DNA of 53,044 bases, counting the filler, from Catajapyx aquilonaris (lineage: Eukaryota): NCBI GenBank assembly GCA_000934665.2. It is 3 parts of 3 records of this genome, joined end to end, with 100 filler letters (N's around TTAATTAATTAA, not from the genome) between each part and the next. Parts side by side here need not be neighbours in the genome. Positions count along the whole stretch, not along the records: positions 35,458 to 53,044 come from KZ539616.1; 2 more parts are not named here. One strand, written 5' to 3'. The notes below the pieces were generated by a model. That model made no database searches, had not been told where the DNA came from, and worked only from the letters and a program-made list of their open reading frames with translations. Each line of letters opens with the position of its first letter. Position 1 is the first letter of the stretch. Shown here piece after piece: positions 37,032 to 50,224 of the stretch. Position numbers and translations under genes: made by a program.

Positions 37032-38509
37032 GTTTGTGCTCTCTTGCCCTCAGATGTTTGTCGTTTTCGTTGTAGATGTGCAGATATAGCAGTTAGTAGC
37101 CATGAGCAGGTACTTGCACACTAGTATATACGGAAATGATATAGTTGACCTATATTATTTTATACCGCAGTCAGGAACTTGAGATTAGCCCTCATTTGAA
37201 ATATATAATCTTGGTTCATTGGAACCAAAAGTCGTGGTCAAAACAGTTTGTTTACGAAACAAGCATATAATGTCGTGCATGAACTGGACGTACGGTAACA
37301 AAATGTTATTTGAAATCCATGTAAAGTTATGGCACTAATTAATATTTAAATCCACAATTTCTGTGTTGGAGGTTGTAATATATTTTATTGCTGCCCAGTT
37401 TCCATCGTACCTTGGAAATATTTGGCACGAGGACGATAGTACAAGTATGAACGCATCGATTCAGCGGGGGAAAGTCCAGGAAGTGCTATACTTAATTGAT
37501 GGTTCAGTGCTGCATCTAGGCGAGTTTAGTTCATGTTTTATGACCTTAATCCTCATTGTGTTGTAATTATCAGTAAATAAATAATAACCGTGATACTTAA
37601 ATGCGACTTATGAACGGTATATACGAGTACATCCATACTGATTTAGGAATCAAGCAGGCATCTGCAGTTGAATCAATATCATTTTAGAAACAAACATCTA
37701 ACTTATTATTATTTCTAAAGCGTGCAAATTATTGAGATGATGGTCGCGCTTTCCGAATATCATATAGCTTCGTGCTTGCACTGTACCCATTTGTCCGAAT
37801 GAGATCATTAGGGCCTCCTTTGACTAATCTTGCTGCACTAATTTGTAATTACATCTCCAGAAGACGATGACGCCATTTACGCGTTCATTCGTAGCACAAT
37901 AATAGAAAAGTCTCAGTAATGAAAATGCTCATTGCAAAAATTAACTATCTCAATTCTAATTTATTATTGGTGGAATATACCTTTGGTGTTCTTTATTACA
38001 TCACTTCATATCCATGCTTTATCGTTTATCGCATTCTTCATGTTTTCGAATCTTACGACTGAGGGGGTACTTGACTATTATGCATACATTTTTTTTACTA
38101 AACATATATTATAGAATACTGTACTGGTATAAGATAGAATTATACACGCAGGGGAAGAATCGAAATAATAAACTGGTTCGTCACAATAACGTAGGTCCAT
38201 TTGGGTAATATTACTTTAAAGTTTAATGGTCGCACAATTACGAGGCTTTTTTGGTAGATTAACTACGGGAGACTACCTAAGTCTGCTAGTAAGAGTGCGA
38301 AAATGTTACTTTTCTAATTAGTCAAATACTGCAAGTTAGGTGCTATTGCATTTTAAGATCAAAGATATTGAGAAATTCACCAACGTATAGAAAAATACCT
38401 GGAAAAGTTGCAGTCCTTACTGGCGTGGCGGCCTCGTTGCATGTAGTTTTCACGTGATGTATTAATGACTTGTGAAAATGTCCAAGCATTCACGCACACA
38501 CTGCCTTAA

Positions 38510-39312
38510 AGGGACAGTACACTATTGAGACAAGTATGTTGGTCTCTAAAAATCGTCCCAAAAGTAATATTTCCGACGGTGCAGTCTGTTTTTCTGTCAT
38601 CCGAACGGTAACCCCAGGGCGAGAGGTCACATTCGTAAAATAATAGTCTCCCGCTCAGCGAGTGGCGACGCCTGGTAGCAAAAAAAAAACAACCCTTGCG
38701 GCCAGACGGCGAACCACAAACGTGTGCGGGCCTAAACGCTATTTTCTAGCAGCAATTAACTGCTAATGACACATCCCTCGCCTAGGCCGGTGCGTGCTAT
38801 ACACCTAATTGTTTAACAACAAAATGACCTACGTTGTAGCCTGGCATGAACCAATAGTGCATCAAATTGGAATTAGTCATTGAAACAGAGCCATTAGCAA
38901 TCATCTGGGCCCTAACACGCATTAGCTGCTATTCTCAAACGCGTCGCGGTTATTCCAGGGTGGTGCAGTCCAGTGCTTCTGTTCCGGCACCGAATATCAT
39001 GGAAAAAGCGATACGGAGGCTAACGAGCCAGTCAGAACTCAGAAGCCTCAACTTTTCACTGTCTCCGTCCCAGTCAGCATGGGATCTTCCCTTACCAATG
39101 TGGGCTACGAGAATCACCCGCACACGTGTCTAGTTCTGCCCTCATCTGGTGGCGTCGCCACCTGCGCCGGGCGCGGGTTTCAAACGACAGACTTCCAACT
39201 TTCGCCCTGGGGTTACCGTTCGGATGAGAAAAAAAGACTGTACCGTCGGAAATCTTATTTTTGGGACGACTTTTAGAGACCAACATGTCTCAATATTTAG
39301 TGGACTGTCCCT
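38510..39312. mobile_element. Kolobok-type non-autonomous DNA transposon
   Basis: TTAA|AGGGACAGT...ACTGTCCCT(T)|TTAA. Imperfect TIR longer than 110 bp (atgttggtctctaaa..gtcccaaaa..atttccgacggt.cagtc..catccgaacggtaaccccagggcga). Confidence 0.88.
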
Positions 39313-40576
39313 TTTAAACAAAGGTTTTTCACGCGCTCAAATTATATGTGCAGCTACGGGCAGCTACCCTCATGGGCTCTTGGTTGTCTCGCATTGGATT
39401 TCTTGCTAGATGGTGACTGCACTGAATAAATAGCGGTTCATGTTGCAAGTTCACCAACTGGTAAAACTTGTTCCAACACTAATGTACAGTACTTTAAGTT
39501 ACTATGAATTCGCTTTGGAGTAACAGAGATATTATCGGTTTTTAAGTAAACTCTTTGAAGCTTTGCAACAAAACATTGCAACAGTGACGCATTGTTTATA
39601 TTGATGCGGTAGTCTGATCTTTATAGCATAATTATGATGATTCGACAGCAATAAATGTGTAATAATCTGACCTGATGGTGTCAGTTGTAGTGGGTGTAGG
39701 TCATGGATGTCTTTAAAAATCAATCAAACCTCTCACTCTTCCTTGCAAGAGTTTCGTGCAGACAAATACTCGTATATCCATCATCGGAAAGTCCATTTCA
39801 TTACTCCTAAAGGAGAATCTACATGAGAGAACTTGATTTCGTAAAACCAAAGGCCACTGGGAGGATACGTTCAGTTAAAACCGAGTCTCATGCTTATACG
39901 TTCAGAATATTAACATTTTCTCGCCATATTTCTCAAAATTAAGTTTCGTTGTCGCCGAATATTATTTTGCGTGTCGTATGAAGTTTTAATTTACACCATA
40001 AACGTGAATGGAGCAGACAGTTATAGCGTTGTCACAGGGAAGCAAGCAAACATAACCTGTAACGTCTTACGACGAAAACAGTTCAGAAAAACCTCTGCCT
40101 CGATCTCAAACCCAAGGCCTTCCTTATTACTCGGGAATAGTTTCTCCGCCTTCATTCACATGTAGCTTTAGCAAGTTGCTTCTTAACCCATCAGACAATA
40201 AAATTGGATTTCTTATGATAACACAAGCAGATGGCCATGGCCGTAACGGTAAAAGTATCGGTAATTAATAATTGTTGAAGCGAACAGGACTACGTCATTA
40301 GTCCTAATGCTGGTGGTATCATACAGTATTACAGTATTCACAAATGCTTTATCTCTTTCTTTCATCGCAAATACTTGTGGTTTTCCTCGTCCCCGAAAGA
40401 TTGCAATTTGTGTACCTTCATCGGGGTGAAAAGACACGCTTGACCAATAATAATTATTAATAATAATTCATATCCCGTTATCAGCTGTCGGNNNNNNNNN
40501 NNNNGGGGGGGGGGGGTTCATCCCAATTTTGTTTTGACTGGAACTCTTTGCTTTCACTTTTACTTTTGCTTTTTGG

Positions 40577-40918
40577 GATAGGATAGGGACGGAAGTAAGC
40601 GGCTGTGGCCTAATTATTTAGGAAGCAATCCCGGAATTCTCCTGGGGGGACCGTGGGAAACCACAGAAAACCACGGTTAGGATTGCCGGCCCCGGGACTC
40701 GAACCCAGGTCCTCCCGATTAGCAGTCGAACACCTTATCCACTCCACCAAACTCAAAAGGGGGTAATCACTCGCCTGAAAAGTGTACACTGGAGTACCAA
40801 ATTCAAGGAGTACCAAGGAGTAATAAAGAGTGAGGTACCTGAGGAGTACCAGGGAGTACCACTCGCAGGTGTACACCGGAGTACCGAAGTGATTACCCCT
40901 TGACCAAACTGCTTCAGT
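40577..40918 (-). mobile_element. tRNA-derived SINE copy, interrupted in its head by a MITE
   Basis: Body matches the 22218 copy (aagcggctgtggcc...ggaaaccacagaaaaccacgg...tcgaacccagg.cctcccgattagcag). The head resumes after 40910 (gcttcag). Confidence 0.85.
40754..40902. mobile_element. Small TIR element with 8-bp TSD (hAT- or P-like MITE)
   Basis: TIR caa(aa)gggggtaatcact / agtgattaccccttg. TSD accaaact (40746-40753, 40903-40910). Internal GGAGTACC repeats. Confidence 0.85.
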
Positions 40919-43900
40919 TGACACGCTTGACCAAATGAGATAATTATGTACAAAACCTTGAATCTGTCATACATGTAGGAACACAAGCGCAGTTTCAACA
41001 TGTCTCTGTTTTCATAATTCATTTGCGGGAAGTACCGGTATAGCTTTAACCTTGTTTAACGACACATACGTATGCATACATAGCCATCACATTTTCCTAT
41101 TAAATGGGTAGTCAGTGATGAAGCAGGATACGCAAGGTAAACAACTCACAAATGGACGGTGTCACGCCAGAATGGACTAACTCCTCTTTACAGTAGCCTA
41201 CTTTGCCATATTATTTAATTATTTTTACATGTAACTTGAATGCAACTATGTTGAACTATAAGTGCCTTTCTCATACTGAAATGAAATGTGACAGAATTTT
41301 TCATTACACCTTGAAATAAGGCGAAGAATATAAGGTTTTTTCAGTCAGTCCACTCTGGCCAAGAAAGCTATTTGGAAATGTGCTGATTTTGTGATTATTA
41401 GAATTTTGATGCATATTCGGCTTGACATGCTGCCCAAGCGCCTTATGTTGCATCGCGGTGAGAATATATTCTCACTGGCGATCTTGATCTCACTCGATTA
41501 TTGAAAAGCCCTTGGTAATCGAGATAGAAAAATTTATCTCTGTAAATTGCCCCAAGGATTTTTATGTTAGGTAAACTTTAAGTGGGATCCCGACACAATG
41601 TGTCAACAACCAGCTGAGACCACCCTCATGCATTTGTCACCTGTGGCATTTGAAGCCAACTAAAGACAAGTCACATTTTCCCTCTTCCATACACTCATAT
41701 CCTAGTAAATGGATCACTTTCAATATTCGACTGCGTTAGCGTTCCTGTTTTCTTCTGCAACAGCAGTGTCTTTCCAGGTAACACGCTAACTTTAGTGGAA
41801 AGTTGGGATCCATTAATTTTATAGTATTTTAAAAATATCTGCAAAACGCGAAAGGAGAAAGCTTTTCTGTACCGGCAACTATTATTCACAGGCTGCCAAC
41901 AGACACGCGATGAGCCTGGGTTCTTTGTTCCGATGTTCCACTGAGGAGCCTTCGTGAATGGTAACCAATTCTATTCAGTCGCGGATCTAGGTTAGGTCAT
42001 GCAGGCGCAGCGGTTCGTCAGAAGTAGGGCGCCTAAAACCAGGAAGCCTTTAAGTCTATACAGGAATTCATTTACGAATATGAAGGTAGTGTAAAGGCGG
42101 CATTGCGTAAAGGGTGGTTAATAGTTCCCGCAGAACTTTTCAGAAGTTGTTATTTCCAGCATTACACACCCACACACACGGAAGGACTTTCATATCGGCT
42201 GACCGGATTTGAGAGGGGTAGGGGTACGCTGTACTAACATTACCCATGACCTAACTTTCCTTCCCGGCCGATACAGACCTATTTTCCGCGTATACATGCC
42301 TATTTTCAGCAGATACGTGCCTGTCTTTCAGCAGATACAAGCCTAGGAAAGTAGGTAAAAGTGCTGCGTCAGCTGATATGAAAGTGTAGCCCCCCCCACA
42401 CACACACACACACACTGATAATGCTATTGTGAAGGTAATTGTATGATGTGATGATCCTCATCGGGTTTCTAAAGTGAATTACTCGTACTTTCATACATCA
42501 GTTAAGGATATGTAAGTATTTTTTACTGTGCATATGTGTTTCGCCATACTTCGCAAGGGCAGTATTCTATGAGCTTATAAATTGCGCTTATTTCGCATGT
42601 AGATATTCTGGACAGTTATAGGTTGAAGTCAGTTCTTAGGTTGATAGCATAATATCCATGAAAACAACCTCATTACTTGTGACCAAAAAGCAAGTTGAAG
42701 CAGGTGCATGAATAAGTCAGGCTGGTGTTACACAGAATTGCTTGATCAGCTGTTCATTTCTTGATGTGCAATATCGACCAACATCATTTTGCAGTCAAGT
42801 CCGTCAAGTTATACCAGTGACTGATTATATTGTAATATTATAATCCGTCGGTATTGTGATTGTGAAAGTAAACCTCTTGCGAATATCAAATTGATAACTA
42901 GCAGCCCAAGTGTAGCTGGGTAAGCAAAATTTGAATTCTGAACGTGGATATTATCTCAACTTGAAATTACAACGCGTTTGGCTGCCGTCTCACAAGTACC
43001 CAAAGTTCTGGATTACTTGAGTGTTTTCTTGCTTGCGCCTTTGCATTCTCATATACGAGTAACTTTAGCCTTGCTGAGAGAGAAAGGCTGCGTCAATAAA
43101 TGGTTCTACGTTCACTGCAAAAGTCCATTACATGACAAATTATTACGATTCTTGGCACATTCCTGACTGCGACGTACACGTACAGTACAATATAAGAATT
43201 GCTAGATACTTGCCAGCCCCAAGAGATTTCAGGCCAGAGAATAACTTGGCATTGCAGTGCACTTCTCCATGGCGACTGCAACCGAAATGACATATTTGTG
43301 TGCAGTATTTATAGTACTTTGCTGCTAACAATAGGCTGCAATATTGTTTATTAGCTTACAAAAGTGCTCTTTATACTATATTTTGTTTACATCATATTTG
43401 TGTGATCAATTATTATGATGTCTCTTTTCTAAAAAAAAGCAACACACTTTTAGCTCGCAAACAGACCTTCTCGTCAGCTTTGTGCCATAAAATTCAAATC
43501 AGCTTAGTTGAACACAGGCTTAAAAGAATAATGGATTGCAACTGAAATTCTCTGAAACATGAAGCTAAGCTAAAGTCTAGTGAATGAATCCAAACAATGG
43601 TGTTGGACAATAATTTTATTAGTGCAGTTGTCTTTTTTGTTATATATTACGTATTTTGTACTACATTTTAAATATTATTATTGAATCTAACACAAGAACC
43701 CAAGTTCTGCGTCAAATCTTTCTTAGAGATTCAGTTCCATATTTTCGATATTTATGAAACTCAATATTGTTCACTTACACTGGCATTAAATTAACTCGAT
43801 GACTGCATTGTTGCTACTGCTTGCCAATATATTATTGTAAAACCATTTTCAAGTCTGCACAACCAGAATGGGGCATCCATCACGTTCATAAAAATAATAT

Positions 43901-44774
43901 TAGTGTTAGTGAACAATATGTGAATCAAAAAATGTTACTATCTATCAATGCCATAAAAATTTAAAAATTGTCTCAGGTTCGTATAGCTGCGGCCATTTGA
44001 AACTTACAAAAATTGCAACTTATCACTATTCTGATCTTGAATCTCAGCTCAATACCCATTGTTTGCTATTTAACTTTCACTTCTCTAGTATGCACGAGAG
44101 ACTAGACCGACTAGAGTCCATGCACTAAAATTTTAGATATTCAAAATATTATGTGTCATACGAATTCCCTATCTTGACTTGATATCAGTCATTCGGTTTT
44201 TGCTAGCCTGATGGAAATATGTACAATAATAATAAAAAATAATGATGATGATTTCGGCCTGATTTCTTTCTCGAAAAAATTGGTGCTAGAATGCAAAATA
44301 TAATAAATTATTCTACACAGGGTGTTTTACTGTTTTGCAATGATTAAGAAAGCCTTGTGGGATGAACTGGACACCAGAGGATCACTTTATTGAGAGGTGT
44401 CATTTGGTCTCTGTGGGCGCGTTACTGCGATAAAACAACGACAATAACAACGACAACAACTTATCACGATATCTTCCCAATAAAGGGTCGTCAACCATCA
44501 TGAAGCAGGAGACAAACGTTAACCCCAGTTGAAACAACAAAGAACAACAAAAAGCGACTATGACATCGCTTATAAAGCATGGTCAGTGATGCAGAAGCTA
44601 CAAATCAATTAATAAACATTGGGTTCCATGGTAACGTGTGAATCCTACTTCCAGTCTGCTGATCACGACTGCAGTAATTTTTCCTTTAGGATCTGGAGAG
44701 ATAGACAAGGCGGTCACAAGATATTACTCAAGTTAGTGAGGTAATTATTATGAATATTCAAAGAATGAATTATG

Positions 44775-44810
44775 ACTGAGCTGGGGACGTGGCGACGTCC
44801 CCAGCTCAGT
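44775..44810. repeat. Perfect 16-bp-stem hairpin
   Basis: actgagctggggacgt-ggcg-acgtccccagctcagt. Confidence 0.95.
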
Positions 44811-44979
44811 GGAGGATCCACTCTACGACACTTCTATTGCCTCCCTGCTGCACTTAATGAAATAGCAGTCCAAATTGATATTCCATGGTCACATTAAAAG
44901 TCAAAAATGTTGCAAGAATATCATTCTTGAAGCTCATCCTCTCGGTAACGAGGCTGCGGAAACCAAATAGCACTACAGA

Positions 44980-45106
44980 AAGTAATCATAAGGTCCCCCA
45001 GACACTCATCCTATAGAAGTTTGCCTGAATCATTATTAAGCACCTTTGCTTAATAATGATTCAGGCAAACTTCTAGGATGAGTGTCTGGGGACCTTATGA
45101 TTACTT
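44980..45106. repeat. Near-perfect ~127-bp palindrome (~60-bp stem, 4-nt loop)
   Basis: aagtaatcataaggtccccc...cattattaagca-cctt-tgcttaataatg...ggggaccttatgattactt. The arms differ only by two small indels. Confidence 0.95.
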
Positions 45107-45479
45107 ATATTATATATACGGTATCGTATATTATATTGGAGCACTATTGGAGCTATCATGAAGGCATGTTACAACTGCTTCTGTATGCAGCAGTATAGCA
45201 ATTTTTCGTGCGTTGCCCTAACCAAGCTTAGAATAATATATAGTAACATTATAGCATATTGAGTGATGGAATCGAATCCTAATATTCTTCATCGACTTTC
45301 TTTATTGCCTTCGAGTGCTACTCTAAAGTAAGAGCTGCAATATAGGCTATCTCGTGCTATCAAATAAAGGCAACCGGTATGACCTCTCAGGATTGAATGT
45401 ATGGAGTCTTTTTCGGAGCCATTGATTTATGCCGTCGATCGCGCCATGGCTTTTGAACCCCCGACCGTGTAATTCAATA

Positions 45480-45930
45480 GCCACCAGCAAAAATGCTCTA
45501 CTGAAACGTGATGTAATTATACCATCTAGCTATGCAGTCCTATACTGTATATTAGGGCTTGGATAATGTAGCATCAGATGGTAGTGTGCTAATGTCCATT
45601 TGTCTTTTTCAATATTTATAAGAATCATGATACATACTTCACCCAATAGTTAGTTCGGAACTAGCCTGATCGATGTAAGATTTTTTGCCTCCAATGTATG
45701 GGATAGTAGTTATATATTGGAAAAAGCTCCTTTCCACTCACTTCCTGAAGTAAAACATGGTATGAACCCTTTGGCTCAAACTGAGTAGGCCTATGTATAC
45801 TGGTGCACAGACTACACTGGCAATGATCCCTTAAATCTCCTGACAAAGGGCGTATAACAACGTGTTGAATCATGGGCCATAAAACAAAGTCTCTCTGTCA
45901 GCCATCGGGTAGCTGATCCAGTTTTGTGGA
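45480..45930 (-). mobile_element. Possible decayed LTR-retrotransposon (gypsy-like) integrase
   Basis: LWPMIQHV/FVRR..HCQ (~FYWP.M..V..FVR.C..CQ), GGKKSYI..TNYWVK (~G.KYIL..D..TRWVE), LIYSIGL (~II.RFG.P). Confidence 0.4.
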
Positions 45931-46437
45931 AGCGTCTATATCTCTATACTTGGCACTCGAACGTGTGATTTCTTTTGTTGGTGTCAGGTACTACAGTAGG
46001 AGTACGAGATGTTTAGGGGCTTTATTCACACCATCTATACCAAATGAAATAACGAAAATAATATGACCAGAATATTGTAAAATTTGCGTAGTTTATTTTA
46101 TTACCTGTTGCGTTTCACATACTATGATGTACGGACAGTACCGTATACATATGCTTTTGCAACAGAACTCAGAAGTACAGTAAAATTTAAGCAGAATGAG
46201 CGATGAAAAGTGACATGTTTTTTTGTGCCTGAATTAGCCATCGTAACCAGCATCCACGAAACCTTTATATTGCGCCACATGTTCAGGTCAGATGTGGAAA
46301 GCGATCAGATTCTTCTGTACAGAGATATTCCTTTCTGTACTTTTCTTCTTGTGTATAGCATCTGGAAACAAAGCGGAGTTACAGAAGTATTTTTTTAAGC
46401 ATTCAGAGGACACAATTTAGCTTTACATATACCACTA

Positions 46438-46783
46438 ATTTTTATTTAATTGATACCCCGTGCTCGAGCCATTCGGCTCGTTTAGGGGGGTGGCAGACCA
46501 CCATACAGTTTTCTATTTAACTTCAATCTCCGTGCACGGACTGGTTCAGGATATAGGGTAGGGAAGGGATTGTTGGGGAGGGGACACTTGTGCAGGTGCT
46601 TTGTCCTGGCTTTTGGGCCATGTACAGTCCCCCAGGAGGTTAGGTTGCCAGACACCTCCTTGGTGCAGGTCAGAGACCCTCCCGACGCAGGTGAAAGGAA
46701 GTTCCCCAGGCGGGGATTGAACCTGGGGTCTTTCACTCAGCAAGCCGTGACGTTAGCATCTCGGCCACCACACCTCTCCTACC
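46438..46783 (-). mobile_element. tRNA-derived SINE, second head type with shared central domain and 3' tail
   Basis: 10-bp TSD tataccacta (46428-46437, 46784-46793). Head GGTGGCCGAGATG...GGTTCAATCCC. Tail ataccccgtgct..ggggggtgg..accacca as in the 22218 copy. Confidence 0.88.
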
Positions 46784-49700
46784 TATACCACTACATCAAA
46801 GGAGGAAATTCGAAGCAAAACTTTTCAACATATTGCCTTTTTTGTTTTGCATTTGTCTGGAGAGATGACTGACGCACGGATTACGTTACTTATACCCCTC
46901 TACAAATCAATAACAATAACAAAAATAACAAGAAAACACGTATCCTTTATTTACGGCAAAAAATTATAGATGACTACTGGAGATTGTAATATTGCTGGTT
47001 GGTTGGTTAGTTCACATCATAGGTATACCAGGTATTGTGGCTCTGTAGAGCCTTTGTGGCCACACCATAGTAACCATGCTACTAGAAGCAGGGAAGGGAA
47101 TAGGGCTACAGTAGCTCTTTGTAGACACAGTCAAGGAGAAGGATTGGGACGAAAGGAATTGGCCGGCCTCACTTTGGAAAGGAAACCTAAGTAGAATATT
47201 ATCCTGGAACTGACTCGGGAAAATACACGGGAATGACTTGAGGAAGAAAGTGACTTTGAAAGCAGATGTAACATACAGTATCTTGTCATATAGTTCACAA
47301 CCCTCGAGTTTGATAAACAAAACAAAAAAAACTAGGCAGTTTCTGAGACACAAAATCGATATGTATACGTATTATTGATTCCACCAGAAAATGGTTGACA
47401 TAACATATTTTTAATTGTGAGTTTAATTGTTTATATCGTTGCAAGTAATTGTTGCCTCTGTCACGACTGTACTCCTGTTGATGCAGTAATATACCACCTA
47501 GTCCTAGGTAGTCCTATATGAAGAGCCATGGCTTGATTGTATATTCGAGCATCATAATCATGAAGTCTGGTACTAGAGGACAGCAAATTATTGTGGAAAA
47601 CGTAGATATGATATATTCCATGTGCAGAAAAATCACTTCTCTCGTGATACTAAGATTTGAATATAACTCGTTTGGCAGTTCCTGGGAAATAAGTCTTAAA
47701 GGTCACGCACAGGTAGCTGTTTAGTCATGCGTAAAATCAATCAGGTTCAGTCGAGGTTGGAACATTTTTTTCTCCACTGGATTCATCCTTGAGATAACTT
47801 TTGATTTTTAAGAATGAGTTCTAACAGTTGTGCTTTGATAGAAGAAAGTGCTGTGTTAAGCAGGTAGTACCGCGCAGGAAAGCATCTCCTTTGATTTTAT
47901 TCAATTTACCGATTAGTATTGTAGTCTGTTGGCAGTCATGTTCTTCAATGGAAAATAGTCTGCTTTGTCTTAGGTTTGAGAAAGGAGTTGATATTAGAAT
48001 AAACTTTATACTCTCTAAACTTATAAACTACAGTATACTATATTATTTCGTTTTTCCCAGAATTACTCGAACAAGAATATTACAATAAATGGTATGCAAC
48101 AAAGAGCATTTCGAGTATAGCCTGTTTCAATTGTACCTGTGACCTGCGACCTGTATGTTATGTACAACCATTTCAGTGCAATTCTGCCTAGTGAATGATT
48201 TACAAAAAAAAGTTCAATTTTTCCTCATCAACTCCGTGATATTAGTCCACCCCAACGCTTGTGACACTTATGGGTTATAATACCGTGGTAGCCTACATGT
48301 CTCTCTGACACTCCCCAGAGGAGAATCCAGATATGATCCAATCTTTCAAGGGGCCAATGGCCCAATCGATCCCGCCCTTAAAACCAACAACGAACAACTG
48401 AGCTACTCTGGGGGGCTCCAGTGATTGAGAACCCTTAGAATATCTCTGGAAGCATCTTCCGAGTGGAAATCCGCATCTTTGTATTTGAATGTGGCCCGTC
48501 GGAAGCGCCGCCAACATGCAGCCGGTGAAAGTAAAGTATTGAGCGGGAAGGGAGGATCTCCACCCCGTACACCCTCCCCTCCCCTGCCCCAACTCCAATG
48601 CGAAAAGCCACACTTTTATGCTGCAATGCCGAGCACGATGGCGCCAACTCTCGCCAGACATGCCAGGGGGCCAGCTCTTATAAACAACATGAGGCCCATG
48701 TGACTCGCAAAAACATTCAAATGCATTAAATATGGCTGTCCACATTATGCTCTCAGTCGGAATCCAGATCCATCCTAATGGCACCTAATTGTTGTTTACT
48801 AACTGTCCTAACTATTCCTCTCTAAATCGAGGGATATCCGTGGTGGAAAAATATATTTGCAGGTCCTTTAACTTCCAAGGACGAGCGTGACCTCGGGCAA
48901 GCTTTTGGTCTCGCGGGACCACAGATGCACCTCATTGTCACTGCATGGGTTGTAAATGTCCTCCGCTGTTCAGTTGAAATTTTAATGCGGTACGTCCGAA
49001 GAATTTTTTATTGCCTGGGAGAAGTCACGGTGCGGCGCAGAACATAAGCTGTGGTTTATCTTGGCCCAGGAGGAAACTGCGCATATCTTTTACCTGCAAC
49101 GGACACACGAGCGTTCTAGGCCAGTCCTAGTCGTTCGGATCCTCCAATCAGCGCGTCTGTATATTATCTCGTCATCCTTAATTTTTAATGCAATTGCTGT
49201 CTTCTTGAAATTAATATTGTCAGAAGCAGAACACAGGAATGCTAGTGTCAAGTATACAGTGCAAGGGTGCATTTATGTGCATATTCAACTGCAGATGGTC
49301 GGCTGTATGAAAGGTGAAAGGTTGCACGAAATGTGTACGAAACTGTGAAAGGAACATCTCTTATCCACCTCTGCCAATAATGACCGTATTGCTGTGGTAA
49401 ACATTCTGTATACAAAATAACAACTCTTACAGATGTTAGTCAAGGAAAACCTTACCATCTGGTAGGTTAGAGTACCTGAATTACAGAGCAAAATGTCATT
49501 GTGCAACAAAGTACAGACTGTGGTTTACGGATCACATAACCTTTGATTATCGTGTTATGTGCACTATGTCGGAAATAAAAACCCTCTAACACGATCAATT
49601 TCATTTTTTTTTCAAAGATGAACTGCTTTATTGGATTCATTTGGAGAAAGGTCACCTAACGCGCAGGTATTTTTTGATACTACGCTGGTATTGATATTTA

Positions 49701-49995
49701 TCGGCTTTTTTGCGTTATACTAGTCATGGTCTTGCCACAGGCTGCGCCTTCCAGGAATGTTGAGTTTATACAGGGAAATTTTGTCCCACCAACACTGCAT
49801 CACTGAGTCATGCTCACATGCGTTCCTGTCTGAGTCAAATAACGAAACATTTCCTGTTAATTATGTGATTCACTTTTTGAACTCGTACGTAAATGTCAGG
49901 CAGTCCGTGAGGACCTAACTCTTTTTGTAAGCAGTTTATGTAACAATCAGACCAATGCTGCAGGAATTTGGCAAATATCACAGAACAAATTAATA

Positions 49996-50224
49996 ACCGA
50001 AGCAAGTTGGCATGGTAGATAAGGCGTCCGACTGCTAATCGGGAGGTACTGGGTTCGAATCCCGGGGCCGGCAACCCTGACCGTGGTTTTCTGTGGTTTT
50101 CCACAGTCTTTCTAGGATAATTCCGGGGTCGCTTCCGTATAATAGGCCACAGCCGCTTCCTTTTTTTCCTATCCTTGGAGGTTGAAAGGCAATGCTGGGC
50201 CAACCTCCCTAATATCAATTAATT
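49996..50224 (+). mobile_element. tRNA-derived SINE with a different 3' end
   Basis: 15-bp TSD cagaacaaattaata (49981-49995, 50225-50239). A-box-like TGGCATGGTAG, GACTGCTAATC, B box GGTTCGAATCC. Confidence 0.9.

Noticed and set aside
40780..40890. GGAGTACC repeats as a CRISPR-like array
   Set aside because: Repeats are 8 bp with irregular short spacing, inside a eukaryotic MITE.
43440..43480. Minus-strand CTGACGA...AAAAG resembling a Penelope minimal hammerhead
   Set aside because: Lacks the GAAA core and a paired stem II; too degenerate.
48293..48784. 163-aa minus-strand ORF
   Set aside because: No family motif and a Trp/Cys-rich random composition; likely non-coding.
49996..50070. tRNA-like sequence (also the heads of the other SINEs)
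   Set aside because: No acceptor stem, and embedded in TSD-flanked SINE bodies, so not a tRNA gene.
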